Source: Amphiscolops sp. MND2022 (lineage: Eukaryota). From it: a stretch of DNA of 64,000 nt. The translations under genes and the position numbers were made by a program. This document shows positions 62,502-64,000 of the stretch, piece after piece. Under the pieces are notes generated by a model. It saw nothing but the letters and a program-made list of their open reading frames with translations. It did not search any database and was not told where the DNA came from. The stretch is taken from assembly GCA_964187785.1 (NCBI GenBank), contig OZ076415.1, forward strand, positions 22,010,001-22,074,000, read 5' to 3'. Within the stretch, counting starts at the first letter, position 1; each line of letters opens with the position of its first letter.

Positions 62502-63172
62502 ACAAGATCATTTTCACCAATGATCGTTTATTCTTGGCTCTGGTTGGTCCTGGGGGCTCGGGTAAAACTGGTCTCATTTATTCGATGCTTGCCTCGCCTG
62601 CAACATTTTATCCACCCATTGAAAAAACTTTTTACTTTTACAAGGAATATCAACCGCTTTTCCAAGAAATGTCTGAAAGATTAAACATTGAATTTATTCC
62701 ATGTTTGGACTTTGAAATGATCAAAAACTTGGAAAATTGTTTGTTAGTTTTCGACGATTCATGTGAGGAGATTCACCAAGAACAAGCGTTTGTCAAACTT
62801 GCAGTTGCCGGTAGACACAGAAAACTCTATTGCATTTTCGTCAAACACAACTTATTCCATCAAAGCAAGTGGTCGCGTACAATTGATTTAAACACAACAC
62901 ATGTCATTTTATTCAAATCACCGCGAGACCTGCAGCAAATTGACCATTTCGGTAGACAATTGAAACAATTAGATTTTATTCGAGAAGCTTATCAGAGGGC
63001 CACCACGAGGCCATTCGGACATCTACTTATTGATTTCGATCCGAAAACAAGCGACGTCTTACGTTTTTGCTCAAATATTGTTGCTCCTCAACCGACTACC
63101 TTCTATATTCCATCATCGACTGCAAAGGAAACGCTTCTAACAAATGAGCGAGAAAAAAATTGCATATACTGA
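62498..63172 (+). CDS. A32/FtsK-HerA-family DNA packaging ATPase
   Basis: Walker A GPGGSGKT, Walker B LLVFDD, GRH arginine-finger motif, HNLFHQSKWSRTIDLNTTHVILFKSPRD. Confidence 0.9.
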   Translation: MNKIIFTNDRLFLALVGPGGSGKTGLIYSMLASPATFYPPIEKTFYFYKEYQPLFQEMSERLNIEFIPCLDFEMIKNLENCLLVFDDSCEEIHQEQAFVKLAVAGRHRKLYCIFVKHNLFHQSKWSRTIDLNTTHVILFKSPRDLQQIDHFGRQLKQLDFIREAYQRATTRPFGHLLIDFDPKTSDVLRFCSNIVAPQPTTFYIPSSTAKETLLTNEREKNCIY

Positions 63173-63426
63173 AGCACTGGCAAGAAAACAAAAAGAGGAA
63201 AGGCATTTCTCGCGTTATACATGATTGCGACGGAGAACAAATCAAATTTCTCTGTGAGTGCGTCTTGAATATTTGCAATGGAAACATACCAATGAATGTG
63301 AACAAATTGATGCCATTCGAGCAACAATTGAAAATTTTATGTCAACCGAAAACATCTGACCGCAGACGACAAATTTTGTCATCCATCAAAGGCTATAAAC
63401 TATTCAAGCTGATCAGTCGTCCCTGA
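63160..63426 (+). CDS. Small conserved Polinton-type protein of unknown function
   Basis: IKFLCECVLNICNGNIP...L..L...RRQIL...G pattern seen next to Polinton ATPases; overlaps the ATPase stop. Confidence 0.55.
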   Translation: MHILKHWQENKKRKGISRVIHDCDGEQIKFLCECVLNICNGNIPMNVNKLMPFEQQLKILCQPKTSDRRRQILSSIKGYKLFKLISRP

Positions 63427-63446
63427 ATTTGCTATTTATCAGCAGA

Positions 63447-64000
63447 ATGAGTGCTCAAGAATTTATTCTAATACCAAAAGAAAATTACATCAAGAATCAA
63501 CCAAAAGCGTCCAAAATTCTGGACGATCCAACAATTACAGCAAAAAGTCAACAATTACGTTACTGCAGCGAGTTCCCGAAAAAAAGGAGCCCGAGAAGGA
63601 AAAAACGTCTCAAGAAGTGAAAGCCCCAGAGACACGGGAAGATATCCAGAAGAGGGTACTTCGCTCAATCACAATGCTCAGTCCTCATCAAACTGGAAAG
63701 TCCAAGTCCATTTTGAAAGAATTGCAAAGTAGTTCTGACGTTTCGATAAACGACGAAGGTCTTATAGAGATTGACAATACTCCCACAGCCATTGATGCGT
63801 CAAACTTCCTTTTCACGTTGCAGCAACCAACCAAGAAACTTTATCACCCAGATTACAAACGAATTTTGGACAAAATTAAAATTTCACCAGATATAGTACC
63901 AAACTCAGAAGCTAAAGAGATTGGAAAACCAAAAGTTGTCAAAACTAAGTTTGTCACAACACCAAAAACAAAAAGCAGCGGAAAGACACCAAAGAGACCC
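63447..64000 (+). pseudogene. Polinton-type hypothetical protein with one frameshift near 63560, open at the window end
   Basis: MSAQEFILIPKENY...KSQQL then LLQRVPEKKEPE...SINDEGLIEIDNTPTAIDASNFLFTLQQP...; no stop before 64000 in the second frame. Confidence 0.5.

Larger units (their letters stand above)
60142..64000 (+). mobile_element. Polinton/Maverick (adintovirus-like) gene cluster, continuing beyond the window; left boundary uncertain
   Basis: Compact, overlapping, intronless co-oriented ORFs including an A32-like ATPase and accessory genes I recognise from Polintons; polB, integrase, protease, capsids and TIR are not in the window. Confidence 0.8.

Overview
Repeat-dense window from a eukaryotic (metazoan, probably invertebrate) genome; the species is not determinable from sequence. 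About 1-37.6 kb is a cluster of decayed Ty3/Gypsy LTR retrotransposons from three subfamilies. Read together they suggest a ~14-kb element: LTR (starting TGTCGCAGG) - gag - pol - an antisense, intron-containing BED-zinc-finger/hAT-like gene - a sense accessory ORF that crosses the polypurine tract into the 3' LTR. 40.6-43.2 kb holds a Bel/Pao gag remnant fused to an unassigned, possibly virus-derived ORF. 44.5-50 kb has a 5'-truncated APE-type LINE flanked by a 29-bp duplication and a CRE-clade RLE retrotransposon. The only clear host gene is coatomer alpha (COPA), 8 coding exons at 50538-56372 and incomplete in this window. From ~60.1 kb to the end lies a Polinton/Maverick (adintovirus-like) gene cluster (exonuclease-like, PC4-like, small membrane protein, A32-type packaging ATPase), preceded by an intronless membrane-anchored EGF ligand. 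All family assignments come from motif recognition by eye; no searches were run.
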